From the NCBI GenBank assembly GCA_965226055.1, contig CBDDCA010000003.1, forward strand, positions 98,076-162,075: a stretch of 64,000 nt of DNA, given 5' to 3'. Below, piece after piece: positions 1-10,546 of the stretch. The stretch comes from Spirochaetia bacterium (GTDB taxonomy: Bacteria > Spirochaetota > Spirochaetia > WTKD01 > G963693115). Under the pieces are notes generated by a model, which was not told where the DNA came from, made no database searches, and worked only from the letters and a program-made list of their open reading frames with translations. Numbering within the stretch: position 1 is the stretch's first letter; each line of letters opens with the position of its first letter. The position numbers were made by a program, and so were the translations under genes.

Positions 1-1095
1 TCTATGAATGTACCATCGTTAAAAGTGTTACAAAAAGTAGGGTTTGAAAAAGTATTGGATATAACGGGACGACTTCTCAATATTCCAGTGGAAGAACGAG
101 AAGCATATGGACTTGTAGAGAAATATCCTGTAGGACTGGGAATAGTAAGTGTAGCTCCCATTGCAATGGCAAATGCCTATGTTACTCTTGCAAACGGTGG
201 ATCATCACTCCCCCCTATTGCTATACAGTATATAAAAAACAAAGATGGCAAAACTATCATAAATGTAGAACAAAAAATAAAAACAGATGCTGCCACTAAG
301 AGTAAGCGAATTATTTCTCCTCAATCAGCGTATATTATTACTTCAATATTAGAAAGTACGGTAAACGAAGGTACTCTACGCTATGCAAAGTATCAAGCAA
401 AAGGCTTTACACAACCTACTGCAGGAAAAACAGGCACTACTCAAAATTGGTCTGATGCATGGACCTTAGGATTTACTCCGTATTTTACCACTGCCATATG
501 GTTTGGCTTTGATAGAGGAGGACAATCACTTGGTACAAATCAAACTGGTGCAATTACCACAGGCCCTGTTTGGGGGAAATACATGGAAGATATAAATAAA
601 GATCTCCCTAAAAAAGATTTTACAAAACCAGGCAATATCATTACTGTCAATATAAATCCCGATAACAATACTATTGCAACATCTCAATCAAATAAAGTGC
701 GTCAAGAAGTATTTATTGTAGGAACAGAACCAAAAGAAAAAGATGATACTTTATATAAAACGCTACAGTTTGATGAATCTACAGCAAAGCTGCAACATTC
801 AATGTGGCATATACATATTCCTTATGCAACAAAAGGAAGATTTGAAAGCACTATCCAAAAACTTACACAAGATACTCTCCTTTTTTCTGAGGCATATCAG
901 CAACAGAATCCCTATGGTAATCTTAGCACAAACACACGTAATACAAGAAGCCTCAATCTTCGATTAAAAGTTCCCAGCATACGAAGATTAAAAGATACTA
1001 ATACGATACTTCCTACAAATAGCAACTCTAACAATACTGCTACTATCGATCCCTCAGATGAAGATATTTCTTCGCAAAGTAACCCTTTTCTTTAA
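1..1095 (+). CDS. mrcA: Class A penicillin-binding protein (PBP1A), C-terminal transpeptidase part; 5' end lies outside the window
   Basis: Frame open from base 1. SxN (S-M-N) and KTGT (AGKTGTTQNWSDAWTLGFTP) transpeptidase motifs; MANAYVTLANGG helix typical of PBP1A. Confidence 0.85.
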   Translation, partial: SMNVPSLKVLQKVGFEKVLDITGRLLNIPVEEREAYGLVEKYPVGLGIVSVAPIAMANAYVTLANGGSSLPPIAIQYIKNKDGKTIINVEQKIKTDAATKSKRIISPQSAYIITSILESTVNEGTLRYAKYQAKGFTQPTAGKTGTTQNWSDAWTLGFTPYFTTAIWFGFDRGGQSLGTNQTGAITTGPVWGKYMEDINKDLPKKDFTKPGNIITVNINPDNNTIATSQSNKVRQEVFIVGTEPKEKDDTLYKTLQFDESTAKLQHSMWHIHIPYATKGRFESTIQKLTQDTLLFSEAYQQQNPYGNLSTNTRNTRSLNLRLKVPSIRRLKDTNTILPTNSNSNNTATIDPSDEDISSQSNPFL

Positions 1096-1152
1096 TGGTT
1101 GTTTGTTGTTGTACGGACTATGCTAATGCTATAAATATCTTAAAAAAATAGC

Positions 1153-2487
1153 TTAAAACTGCAGTCGCACTATTTTTTTCTTCCCTAATTTTACAATAAT
1201 ATCATCGGTCGGAGACAGGAATGTTTCATTGACTATTAAGTCACTTGTGTCCACTACATCATCAAACAATCGAGCTCCTCCTTGTTGTATAAGTCTCCGC
1301 ACTTCACTTTTACTGGAGCATAAGCCACTATATAAAAATATATCAACGACAGACATTCCTTTTTGTAAATCCTCTCTCTGTAACTGTACTGTAGGAATAT
1401 CGCTTTGCGTTTGTGTACTATTGCTAGAATCATTATTGCATATTTTTTCAAGCAAGGTAATGGTGTCCTTGCTTAAGGCATCTTTATGCTGAGCAAGAAT
1501 ACGATATATTACAGCATTTATTTTTGCCTGTGAGAACATTGCACGAGCAGACATGAGCATATTCCATGCAGTAGTTTCTCCATGCATAATTGCAGTAACG
1601 TAATAGGCAAGCACTTCCTTTGCTGTGTTTAGCTCTTGTTCTTTTAAGCTGCTCCAAAAATCTATTTCTTCTTTTGGGAGAAATGTATAGAGTTTTAAGA
1701 ATCGGACACAATCCCTGTCATCAACGTTGCGCCAGTACTGATAAAAATCAAATGTATTTGTTAATCTATCATCAATAAATACTGCACCATCCTCTGATTT
1801 TCCCATCTTCATGCCATCAGAACGCGTTACCAATGGTAAGGTATAGCCAAAGCATTCTTTTCCATGAACTCTCCGTATAAGTTCGCATCCCGCCACAATA
1901 TTTGCCCACTGATCAGCTCCTCCAAATTGCAATGTACATTGATGCTCTTGAAACAAATGGAGAAAATCATAGGACTGTAATAGTTGATAATTAAACTCTA
2001 AAAAACTCAATCCTGTTTCTAATCGCTTTTTATATGTTTCAAAACTCAACATTCTATTTACAGAAAAATGTTTTCCTATATCACGAATAAAACTGATGTA
2101 TTGTAAATTATCAAGCCATGCACTATTATCGACAAACTGAGCTTGTATATCTAAGCGAGAGAAAATTGATTGTACTTGATCTTTAATTTTGTTAGTATTG
2201 CTCTGTAGCTCTTCAGCGGAAAGAATAGGACGTGCTTTACTTTTTCCAGAAGGATCCCCTACTTTTGCGGTACCAGTACCAAGCACAATAATAGGGCTAT
2301 GTCCGTATCGATAGAAATGGCACATAAGATACAATGGCACAAAATGACCAATGTGTAAACTTTCTCCTGTAGGATCTACTCCTACATATGCAGTAATCTT
2401 TTCTTTTTCAAAACGTGATTGGAGTTCTGTATCATTTGTGCATTGATAATAGAAGCCACGCCATTGCAGTTCTTCCCAAAGTGTCAT
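1153..2487 (-). CDS. tyrS: Tyrosine--tRNA ligase
   Basis: YVGVDPTGESLHIGH, GDPSGK, QFGGADQWANI, KMGKS; C-terminal S4 domain (SKSEVRRLIQQGG). Confidence 0.97.
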   Translation of the reverse strand: MTLWEELQWRGFYYQCTNDTELQSRFEKEKITAYVGVDPTGESLHIGHFVPLYLMCHFYRYGHSPIIVLGTGTAKVGDPSGKSKARPILSAEELQSNTNKIKDQVQSIFSRLDIQAQFVDNSAWLDNLQYISFIRDIGKHFSVNRMLSFETYKKRLETGLSFLEFNYQLLQSYDFLHLFQEHQCTLQFGGADQWANIVAGCELIRRVHGKECFGYTLPLVTRSDGMKMGKSEDGAVFIDDRLTNTFDFYQYWRNVDDRDCVRFLKLYTFLPKEEIDFWSSLKEQELNTAKEVLAYYVTAIMHGETTAWNMLMSARAMFSQAKINAVIYRILAQHKDALSKDTITLLEKICNNDSSNSTQTQSDIPTVQLQREDLQKGMSVVDIFLYSGLCSSKSEVRRLIQQGGARLFDDVVDTSDLIVNETFLSPTDDIIVKLGKKKIVRLQF

Positions 2488-2488
2488 A

Positions 2489-3808
2489 TTATACTCGCTT
2501 GTAATTATGAATATAGTTTGTAAGATATTTTCTGATATGAGAAATTGCTATTCTATCCTGTGTAAGTGTATCTCGATTTCTTATCGTAACTTTAGAGTCA
2601 TCTTTTGTTTCATAGTCCACTGTAATACACAGTGGAGTACCTATTTCATCTTGCCTTCGATACCGTTTTCCAATAGATCCTCCTGCATCAAAGCATACAG
2701 GCACTTCATTTTGTAGCGAAGTAAAAATATCTCTTGAAAGCTCCAGCAAGCCATCTTTTTTTACTAAAGGCAGCACTGCAAGCTGATAAGGACTGAGTGT
2801 AGGATGCATTTTCAATACTACTCTCACTTCCCCATCTGCATTGTCTTCTTCATAACTATCGCATAAAACAAGCAACACAGAACGAGTAAGTCCTGCAGAT
2901 GTTTCAATAATATAAGGAGTGTACTTTTTTCCTTCTTCATTTTGATATGATATGTCTTTTTTTGAGTACTTAGAATGCTGAGTAAGATCATAGTCTGATC
3001 GGTTATGCACTCCTTCCACTTCGTTCCATCCAAAAGGAAAATTATAATAAATATCAAAGGCAGCTTTTGCATAATGAGCAAGTTCATCAGGACCATGCTC
3101 ATTAAATTTCAGGCATGATTCTTTAATGCCTAAATCACGATAATATTGCATACGCTTTTCCATCCAAAACTCAAACCATTTAGCATCTGTATCGGGAGAA
3201 ACAAAAAACTGCATTTCCATCTGTTCAAACTCACAGGTACGAAAAATAAAGTTCTTAAATACAAGTTCATTACGAAACGCTTTTCCTATTTGTGCTATAC
3301 CAAAAGGAATTTTAAGGCGACTTGATTGCTGCACATTCTTAAAGTTTACATAAATTCCCTGTGCTGTCTCTGGACGAAGATATACAGTCATTCTTGATTC
3401 TTCTGTTGAACCAAGCTGTGTGGCAAACATAAGATTAAAGTTTTTCGGTTTACTCAAAGGGTTACCATTAGGACTGGTATTGGTATCCCTTTGTTCTTGT
3501 GTAAGATGATCGTATCTATACCTTTCCTTTGTTATTGTATCTTCTACGAGAACATCAATAAAATTGTCTACATGGCCACTTGCTTTCCATACAGTTGGAT
3601 GCATTAAGATTGCAGAATCAAGCCCTACAATATTTTCATTCTGCTGCACCATGCATTTCCACCAATAGTTTTGAATATTTTTTTTAAGCTCTACTCCTAA
3701 GGGGCCATAATCCCATGCAGAAGCAAGTCCGTTATATATTTCTGATGATTGAAAAATAAATCCTCTTCTTTTACACAAAGATACAATATGATCAATAGTA
3801 CTAGCCAT
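2489..3808 (-). CDS. glyS: Glycine--tRNA ligase (homodimeric alpha2, class II)
   Basis: LCKRRGFIFQSSEIY, YLRPETAQG, GKAFRNE, FEQMEMQFF, GSIGKRYRRQDEIGTP. Confidence 0.97.
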   Translation of the reverse strand: MASTIDHIVSLCKRRGFIFQSSEIYNGLASAWDYGPLGVELKKNIQNYWWKCMVQQNENIVGLDSAILMHPTVWKASGHVDNFIDVLVEDTITKERYRYDHLTQEQRDTNTSPNGNPLSKPKNFNLMFATQLGSTEESRMTVYLRPETAQGIYVNFKNVQQSSRLKIPFGIAQIGKAFRNELVFKNFIFRTCEFEQMEMQFFVSPDTDAKWFEFWMEKRMQYYRDLGIKESCLKFNEHGPDELAHYAKAAFDIYYNFPFGWNEVEGVHNRSDYDLTQHSKYSKKDISYQNEEGKKYTPYIIETSAGLTRSVLLVLCDSYEEDNADGEVRVVLKMHPTLSPYQLAVLPLVKKDGLLELSRDIFTSLQNEVPVCFDAGGSIGKRYRRQDEIGTPLCITVDYETKDDSKVTIRNRDTLTQDRIAISHIRKYLTNYIHNYKRV

Positions 3809-5255
3809 TATGTTTCTCCTTTTGTTTCTTTAATAATTCTAAAAATGTATGCACTCTTTGTAATACCTCATCATGCCCTATAGCATATTCTATTGCAACA
3901 GTCATTGCAGTTATGGGAGGTGATATTTTACTTCCAGTAAGGGCTATACGCAAAGGCATAAGCACGTTTCCTAGCTTTATCCCTCTCTCCTTACTTGCAC
4001 TGCGTATCTTCTCTTCAAGCTCCTCAGAGGAGCTATATTTTTTATCCTGTAGTATAGCTTGCACTAAATGTAATCCATCAATGAATGGTGATATTGATTT
4101 TTGTTCTACTAAAGCAATAGATGTATCCATATCAGGAGCAACAAACAAAGGCTCTAATAAATCATTTGCATCAGAGAGAAGCTCCATACGTTCTTTGATA
4201 CTAGGAACAATGCTTTTTTGTAACATCTCCTTAAACGAAACTGAAATAGATCGCTTGTACTTTTTCTCTAAAAATGGTACTATCATATCAGTGAGATGCT
4301 CATCAGAACATGCTTTAATATAATGAGCATTAAACCAGCGTAATTTCTCCATGCTAAACTTTGCAGGATTTTTCTGTATGTTTCCTTGCATGAAATGTTC
4401 TGTGAGTTCTGTAAGGCTAAAAAATTCACGCGAATCATCAAAGCTCCACCCTAAAAGAGCAATACAGTTTATAAGAGCTGCAGGCAAAATGCCCATATCA
4501 CGCAACTCTCGTATGCTTATTGACCCATTACGTTTTGATAGCTTCTGCCCATCACTGCCTAGTACCATAGGTAAATGAGCGTATACAGGAGCTTCCCATC
4601 CTAGTACGGTATACATGTACACATGCACAGGAGTAGTAGGAATCCACTCTTGGGAACGCAATACATGAGTAATATCCATAGCATGATCATCTACCACATT
4701 TGCAAGATGATAGGTAGGCATTCCATCTGATTTTAAGAGTATGGGATCAACTATCATGTCTTGAAATTTACGAACAATAGATCCTAGTATTCTATCATCA
4801 AACTGCTGTTCTCCTTCTAGTGGTAACTTTAGACGAATGACAGGAGCTATGCCTTTTTGCTTATATGCAGTAATTTCTTCTGTACTCAAATTACGCGAAG
4901 AGCGATCGTAGTCTCCTTCTCTTTGCATTGAAGAAGTATAGCAATAATATGCAAAGCCTTTGTCAACTAAATTCTCAGCTATTTCCTGATATTTCTGTTT
5001 CCGTTGTGACTGAATGTATGGAGCATAGGGACCTTTGTCTGTGTGTTCATCAGGTTCTATAGAGAGCCATTGTAATGACTCTAGCATATCATCTAAATAT
5101 TCCTGTTTACTACGACTTGCGTCAGTATCTTCAACGCGCAATATAAATGTACCTCCTTGTGAATGTGCAAAGAGATAATTAAAGAGTGCTGTTCTCAGCC
5201 CTCCGATATGTTGAAGTCCTGTAGGAGAAGGAGCGTATCTTACTCGTATTGACAT
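3801..5255 (-). CDS. gltX: Glutamate--tRNA ligase
   Basis: RVRYAPSPTGLQHIGG (HIGH motif), LRVEDTD, YHLANVVDDH, KLSKR. Confidence 0.97.
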   Translation of the reverse strand: MSIRVRYAPSPTGLQHIGGLRTALFNYLFAHSQGGTFILRVEDTDASRSKQEYLDDMLESLQWLSIEPDEHTDKGPYAPYIQSQRKQKYQEIAENLVDKGFAYYCYTSSMQREGDYDRSSRNLSTEEITAYKQKGIAPVIRLKLPLEGEQQFDDRILGSIVRKFQDMIVDPILLKSDGMPTYHLANVVDDHAMDITHVLRSQEWIPTTPVHVYMYTVLGWEAPVYAHLPMVLGSDGQKLSKRNGSISIRELRDMGILPAALINCIALLGWSFDDSREFFSLTELTEHFMQGNIQKNPAKFSMEKLRWFNAHYIKACSDEHLTDMIVPFLEKKYKRSISVSFKEMLQKSIVPSIKERMELLSDANDLLEPLFVAPDMDTSIALVEQKSISPFIDGLHLVQAILQDKKYSSSEELEEKIRSASKERGIKLGNVLMPLRIALTGSKISPPITAMTVAIEYAIGHDEVLQRVHTFLELLKKQKEKHNG

Positions 5256-5291
5256 ATAATTAGTATATCAAAAAAGCATAATAGATTACAA
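5256..5291 (-). promoter_or_regulatory. Sigma70-type promoter of gltX-glyS-tyrS, apparently leaderless
   Basis: Minus strand TTGTAA-18nt-TATACT, then 6 nt to the gltX ATG; no SD sequence. Confidence 0.55.
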
Positions 5292-5325
5292 AGAGGGTAA
5301 CCAATATGTACGAGATACATATACA

Positions 5326-6549
5326 TCATTCCTTTGCTATCTGTCTATAGCTTTGTAAAAAATCTTTGAGACGAAGCATAGCCTCTCTCATAGTGTCTTC
5401 TGGGGCTAAACATACAATACGAAAAAAATTTTCTTTATGATAGTTAAATCCAGATGCAGGAACTAACAGCACATGTTTTTCGCGTAGAAAATCAAGGACA
5501 AACTGCTCTCCGTTTTGTATAGCATGCTCTTCTAAAAGCTGCGGAAAAATGTACATCGTCCCTTTAGGGGGCATAAATCGTAGTCCTGCTATGGAAGAAA
5601 GTCCTGTACAAGCAGCTTGCACTCTCTCATAAAATATACCCTTAGGCTTCATCAATGCGTCAATACGCTCTTGTTGCTGAAATACTGCTTGCAAACTGAG
5701 CTGTGCAATAACATTACTACATAAACGCAAGCTGGATAATTTTTCCATCGCATCCTTGAGCAATACTAATACATTTTTAGGATCGTATATGCACATCCAA
5801 CCGCAACGAAATCCAGGAGCTCTGTATGTTTTTGATATACCATTAAAAAAAATACAAGGAACATCATTCATCAATGTTGCAATAGGACAAGGCTCTTGTG
5901 CATCATATACAATACGCTCATAAATTTCATCTGAAAAAATGAGAAGCTGATGTTCTATTGCAACATTGATTATCTGTTGTAGCAATGTTTTAGAATACAC
6001 CGCTCCCGTAGGATTATTGGGAGAAATAATGACTATCGCACGAGTTTTGTTATTTATAAGCTTTTTTATATCCTCAATGCGTGGCATCCAATCATTTTCA
6101 ATATCACAGGAATAATATACTGGTGTTCCATGATTAAGATGAATCATAGCTGACCATAAAGGGTAATCAGGGGATGGTACAAGAATTTCATCCCCTGGAT
6201 TAATGAATGCACTCATACTCAGAGATATAAGCTCGCTTACTCCATTTCCAAGAAAAATAGAGTCGGGAGAAATAGCGAGATTGTAATTATGTGCATAATA
6301 GTGTGCAACTGCTTCACGCGATGTAAGAAGTCCCTTACTTTCAACATATCCTTGGGCAAGAGCTATATTATCACGCACATACTCTAGTACATGTGTATCT
6401 GTTTCAATACCAAAAGGGAATGTATTACCAATATTTAGTTTCAGTACCTCTTCACCTGCCTCTTCAAGTCGTAGGGCTTCTTGTAGAATAGGTCCTCTGA
6501 TAGCATAATGTACTTTCTTTACTGTATGAGAAATATTTTTAATATCCAT
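5326..6549 (-). CDS. alaA: PLP-dependent aminotransferase class I/II (AlaA/YfbQ-type alanine aminotransferase)
   Basis: YAIRGP, LKLNIGN, GNGVSELI, PDYPLW, SPNNPTGAVYS, DEIY, NGISKTYRAPGFRCGW. Confidence 0.85.
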   Translation of the reverse strand: MDIKNISHTVKKVHYAIRGPILQEALRLEEAGEEVLKLNIGNTFPFGIETDTHVLEYVRDNIALAQGYVESKGLLTSREAVAHYYAHNYNLAISPDSIFLGNGVSELISLSMSAFINPGDEILVPSPDYPLWSAMIHLNHGTPVYYSCDIENDWMPRIEDIKKLINNKTRAIVIISPNNPTGAVYSKTLLQQIINVAIEHQLLIFSDEIYERIVYDAQEPCPIATLMNDVPCIFFNGISKTYRAPGFRCGWMCIYDPKNVLVLLKDAMEKLSSLRLCSNVIAQLSLQAVFQQQERIDALMKPKGIFYERVQAACTGLSSIAGLRFMPPKGTMYIFPQLLEEHAIQNGEQFVLDFLREKHVLLVPASGFNYHKENFFRIVCLAPEDTMREAMLRLKDFLQSYRQIAKE

Positions 6550-6663
6550 ATAATACCATTCTTTTTATATTTATTATATACTGTTATATGAAAATATAAA
6601 ATAGTGTGCTTGTTTTGATTACTAAAGAAATCAATTTTGATAGCCGATGCTAATGGTAGGTCC

Positions 6664-7893
6664 ATGCTTACAAAAAAAATAACACAAATTGAAAGAAACA
6701 GCAGTGTAGACTCTCTCGGATATTTAGATAAAGATTTTATTTTATTTCTTCCAGAAACACAGTTTAACAATACAATTAAGCAAATTTTCAATGAACATCA
6801 GATAACAGAATATCAAACAGATGAAACATCAGGTATGCATGTCGCAACAACTAGTTCAGAAGATGCACAAAAAAATATCAAAGCTCTCTCTTTTGTGCAT
6901 ACTACAAAAAAAGTAGATAGCAAATATGTACGACTTCTCACCTTATATCCAAACTATGAAATAAAATATGAAGAGCTGTATCATCAAATCAAGAATATTG
7001 TACATAATATCGCTCTATTACAAACAGTAGATTATAAAGAAATTACTAATCTTATGTATGATAAAGTGTTACCGCTTATAAAAAAAGAACCTCTTGTATA
7101 TTTAGCTGCTCATGAATTCTATGTTAAAGAAAATCACATGCAATGTAAACTTATTAACTTTTTTTTACAGAACTTACTTTTCACTACCTCATTGCTTGAA
7201 CTTGACACGAGTAAAACATTTATCAGTATCGAAAAAAAGCTGCAAGTGAGTATATCCTCTATACTAGCAAATGTAGGGCTTATTATCGTACTTAATACAT
7301 TAGAAAAAGAAGAAGTAATAGGTATGTTGTTTACTCCTCAATTACGAAAAACAATCCCTAAACTAAGCAGTAAAATACTCAGTCATTCAATTTTTCCTCT
7401 TTCTCTTACACAAGGCATATTATTCTCTAAAGTACCATATGCTCATTTACAGAAAATACAAAAAAGAAGCTCAACATTGATACATCCATCCAATTTGTAT
7501 GAATTTTCTTTTATCATTAACTCGTATCTGTTTTTAGTGGGTGGCTACAATAAAAAAAAGCATTCTCCTCCTCAAGCAATAAAAATCATTGCACAACAAG
7601 CAAACAAAGAGTTTAATCCTGATTTTATAAAGGTTATTGTCAATGTCATCAGTACTATACCGCCTGGTACCTATGTGTCTTTGACTAATAAATCAAAAGG
7701 GATGATACTCTCTCCAAATATGGAACCTGAGAACACCGCTTCCTTTCAGGTATTATCTACAAAACATGATAACACAGTAGCTGATCTAAAGGTTATCACT
7801 GTTGATTCACAAGAGTTTAGTATAAGCAGTATTCTTTCTGAGGAAGAAAGTATGGCACTTCATAAGCACAGAAAATCTCTGTATCAATACTAG
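6664..7893 (+). CDS. HD-GYP-like domain protein with degenerate catalytic motifs
   Basis: C-terminus (SPPQAIKII..KEFNPDFIK..IPPGTYVSL..KGMIL) resembles spirochete HD-GYP proteins, but the LLHDIG position reads ILANVG. Start placed at ATG 6664; the ORF track starts at 6637. Confidence 0.5.
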   Translation: MLTKKITQIERNSSVDSLGYLDKDFILFLPETQFNNTIKQIFNEHQITEYQTDETSGMHVATTSSEDAQKNIKALSFVHTTKKVDSKYVRLLTLYPNYEIKYEELYHQIKNIVHNIALLQTVDYKEITNLMYDKVLPLIKKEPLVYLAAHEFYVKENHMQCKLINFFLQNLLFTTSLLELDTSKTFISIEKKLQVSISSILANVGLIIVLNTLEKEEVIGMLFTPQLRKTIPKLSSKILSHSIFPLSLTQGILFSKVPYAHLQKIQKRSSTLIHPSNLYEFSFIINSYLFLVGGYNKKKHSPPQAIKIIAQQANKEFNPDFIKVIVNVISTIPPGTYVSLTNKSKGMILSPNMEPENTASFQVLSTKHDNTVADLKVITVDSQEFSISSILSEEESMALHKHRKSLYQY

Positions 7894-7915
7894 CGCTGCA
7901 TTTTTTATAAAAGCA

Positions 7916-10303
7916 TCATTCTACTGTTTCCTTTTTGCTCAATTTTCTCTGTACTTGTATTTTTGTATGTATGCGCTTATTGGTAACTGTAAGTAAAATA
8001 CTATGAAATATACGATGATGAGAAGTATTTTTATGTACTATTTTTCTGAGCACTGTATCTGTTAAGATATCGTGTACTTCCTTTGCCATCATTCTCTTTA
8101 CATTTCTTGCTCCAAAAATAGGAGAGTGGCCTTTATTTGCTAAATATTCTACTACTGAATTATCCCAATGCAATGTTATATGGAGCTTTTTTAATTTTAC
8201 GGAAATGATATGCAATTCTCTTATCACTATATGTCGAATATGCTGTGTCTGTAATGTATTAAATGTAATGATCTCATCAAGCCTATTTCTAAATTCGGGT
8301 GTGAAGATATGGGAGGTTGCATCAAGCATAGCATTCTTTCCACGATAATTTTCTCCTTCAAAACCAACCTCTGATTGAATAGCATGTTCTGCACCTGCAT
8401 TTGAAGTCATACACAATAGAATATTACGGAAATCTGCTTTTCTTCCCATGCTATCAGTAATAGTGGCATAATCCATAATTTGCAGAAGAAGGTTGTATAC
8501 ATCAGCATGTGCTTTTTCAATCTCATCTAAAAGAAGTAAAGAATACGGAGAACGCCTTATATAATCTATCAGTACTCCCCCATTCGTATGTCCTACATAC
8601 CCAGGAGGAGAACCAATAAATTTTGATACTGAGCTTTGTTCTTGAAATTCACTCATATCAAAACGATGAAATGTAATAGCAAGCTCAGATGCCACTTGTT
8701 TACATAATTCTGTTTTCCCTACTCCTGTTGGCCCTACAAGCAAAAACGAAGCAAGTGGTTTATTCTCATCACTCAGTCCTGCTTTTGCACGATGTATTAC
8801 ATTAACAAAAGAATCAATAGCTTCGTCTTGTCCGAAAATAGTTTTTTTTAACTTTACTTTCAAATCTAAAAGCTCTTGTAGTTCATTTCCTTTAATACTT
8901 TTCAATGATCGTTTTGTTATTTTACTCATGACTAATTCTACATCTTCTTTCTTTACAACTTTTATTTTTTCTTTATTATTGGTATGATTTTTAAGCTTAA
9001 TAGATGAACCTATAGCATCAAGAATATCAATAGCTTTGTCAGGAAACGCTCTATCTGTAATATACTTTTTACTCAACTCTATAATATAATCAAACACTGT
9101 ATGGGAATAACTCACTCTATAAAATGCTTCAAATGTATCTTTTAATTGTAGTAAAATAGTTTTTACTTCTTTATTACTTGGCTCTTGCATTTCTACTACA
9201 TGAAAGCGACGAAATATACTTTTTTCACGTTCTATGAGCTTTAGCTCTTCATATGTGCAAGTACCTATACAGCGTATCTTATTATTTGCAAGCACAGGTT
9301 TTATAAGATCGCCAAAATCATTTCCATTTCCTGTGCTAGAACCTGTGTTCATAGCACTATATATATCATCAAGCAATAGAATATACTGTTTCTCTTTTGA
9401 AAAGGACTGCATGATCAATTTTACTCTCTCTTCAAAATCTCCTCTGTATCGAGTACCTGCTACCAATGCTGTAACATTAAGAGACAAAAGCTTTGTGTTA
9501 CTAAGCTCATGAGGTACTGCATTTTTCTGTATAAGATGAGCAAATTCATAGACCAATGATGTTTTTCCTACTCCAGCTTCACCCACTAAAAGAACATTAT
9601 TCTTTTGTCTTCTTAGTAAAACTTCTGTCACTTCGCTCAGGCAATCTAGTTGCCCTATAAAAGGTTCTAGCATGTTTTTTTCTGCCAATGCATTTATGTC
9701 AACTGTATATTTTTGTAATGTGTTTTCATTTTTATGTTCATCATGCTCTTCATCTTCTTGAGAGGCAAAGAGAGAAATATCTTCGTCTCCTTCAAGGGAT
9801 GGTATAGAAAAATTAATTTTTTTATTTGTTTCTGTATTGGTATCATAATTAAAAAAATCTTGAATAAAATCTTCATCTTTCATTATTTCAAGGATATCTT
9901 CCTCTTTTATATTTTGATTTTTGAAAAATGAAATTTTTTGACTATCTTCTATTTGAATCAACGCAATAAGTAAATCTTTAATACCTAATATATCTCTTTG
10001 TTCGCTTGCACAAAATAGAAATGATTTTTCTATAAGCTGTCTGTACTCTAAAGAATATGCGATTCTAAACAAAGAGTTTTTTTTAGTAGCACTCACAGGA
10101 ATATGAGAAAGATAGTCTACTAGTTCTCTTTTCATATCTTCAATACGAATATTTATCATATCAAAGATTGCTCGAATTGCAGGCTGATAAAGAAGCACAT
10201 ACAGAACATGCTCAGGGGTAATTTTTTGATGTTGATAGTATATAGCTTCATCACTTGCTGCATCTAAAATTAATTGAACATTTTCATCTAATTTAAGTTT
10301 CAT
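7916..10303 (-). CDS. clpA: ATP-dependent Clp protease ATP-binding subunit ClpA
   Basis: Clp N-domain (PEHVL), two AAA+ modules (GEAGVGKT; GPTGVGKTEL), RFDMSEF, GSPPGYVG, VGF ClpP-docking loop; no ClpB/C middle coiled coil. Confidence 0.9.
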   Translation of the reverse strand: MKLKLDENVQLILDAASDEAIYYQHQKITPEHVLYVLLYQPAIRAIFDMINIRIEDMKRELVDYLSHIPVSATKKNSLFRIAYSLEYRQLIEKSFLFCASEQRDILGIKDLLIALIQIEDSQKISFFKNQNIKEEDILEIMKDEDFIQDFFNYDTNTETNKKINFSIPSLEGDEDISLFASQEDEEHDEHKNENTLQKYTVDINALAEKNMLEPFIGQLDCLSEVTEVLLRRQKNNVLLVGEAGVGKTSLVYEFAHLIQKNAVPHELSNTKLLSLNVTALVAGTRYRGDFEERVKLIMQSFSKEKQYILLLDDIYSAMNTGSSTGNGNDFGDLIKPVLANNKIRCIGTCTYEELKLIEREKSIFRRFHVVEMQEPSNKEVKTILLQLKDTFEAFYRVSYSHTVFDYIIELSKKYITDRAFPDKAIDILDAIGSSIKLKNHTNNKEKIKVVKKEDVELVMSKITKRSLKSIKGNELQELLDLKVKLKKTIFGQDEAIDSFVNVIHRAKAGLSDENKPLASFLLVGPTGVGKTELCKQVASELAITFHRFDMSEFQEQSSVSKFIGSPPGYVGHTNGGVLIDYIRRSPYSLLLLDEIEKAHADVYNLLLQIMDYATITDSMGRKADFRNILLCMTSNAGAEHAIQSEVGFEGENYRGKNAMLDATSHIFTPEFRNRLDEIITFNTLQTQHIRHIVIRELHIISVKLKKLHITLHWDNSVVEYLANKGHSPIFGARNVKRMMAKEVHDILTDTVLRKIVHKNTSHHRIFHSILLTVTNKRIHTKIQVQRKLSKKETVE

Positions 10304-10495
10304 ATATTAGTCTAGTATAGCAACATTATGTAAATAATGTCTTTCATTTTGTAGTGGTATAGCTAGCTGCATTGTAATAATAACATATAAAAAAAGGCTG
10401 GCATGAATAACTGAAAAATGAGATAATGCAGAGAGAAGTGCTAAGAAAGAGTCAATTAGTACATAAGAAATAATATAGGAAGTATTTCTTTTTTC

Positions 10496-10509
10496 TCCTT
10501 GAACTCGTG
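10496..10509 (-). mobile_element. 14-bp remnant identical to the outer end of the IS30-family left inverted repeat
   Basis: Minus strand CACGAGTTCAAGGA is identical to 60474-60487. Confidence 0.55.
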
Positions 10510-10546
10510 CTTGATTATAATTTATATTATAAAAATTTTTAAATGC

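Noticed and set aside
10308-10546. About 80-codon stop-free, partly hydrophobic frame on the minus strand after the MTase stop (possible gene remnant)
   Set aside because: No plausible start codon or RBS, no recognisable family motif, and it crosses the IS scar and clpA promoter; may be chance.
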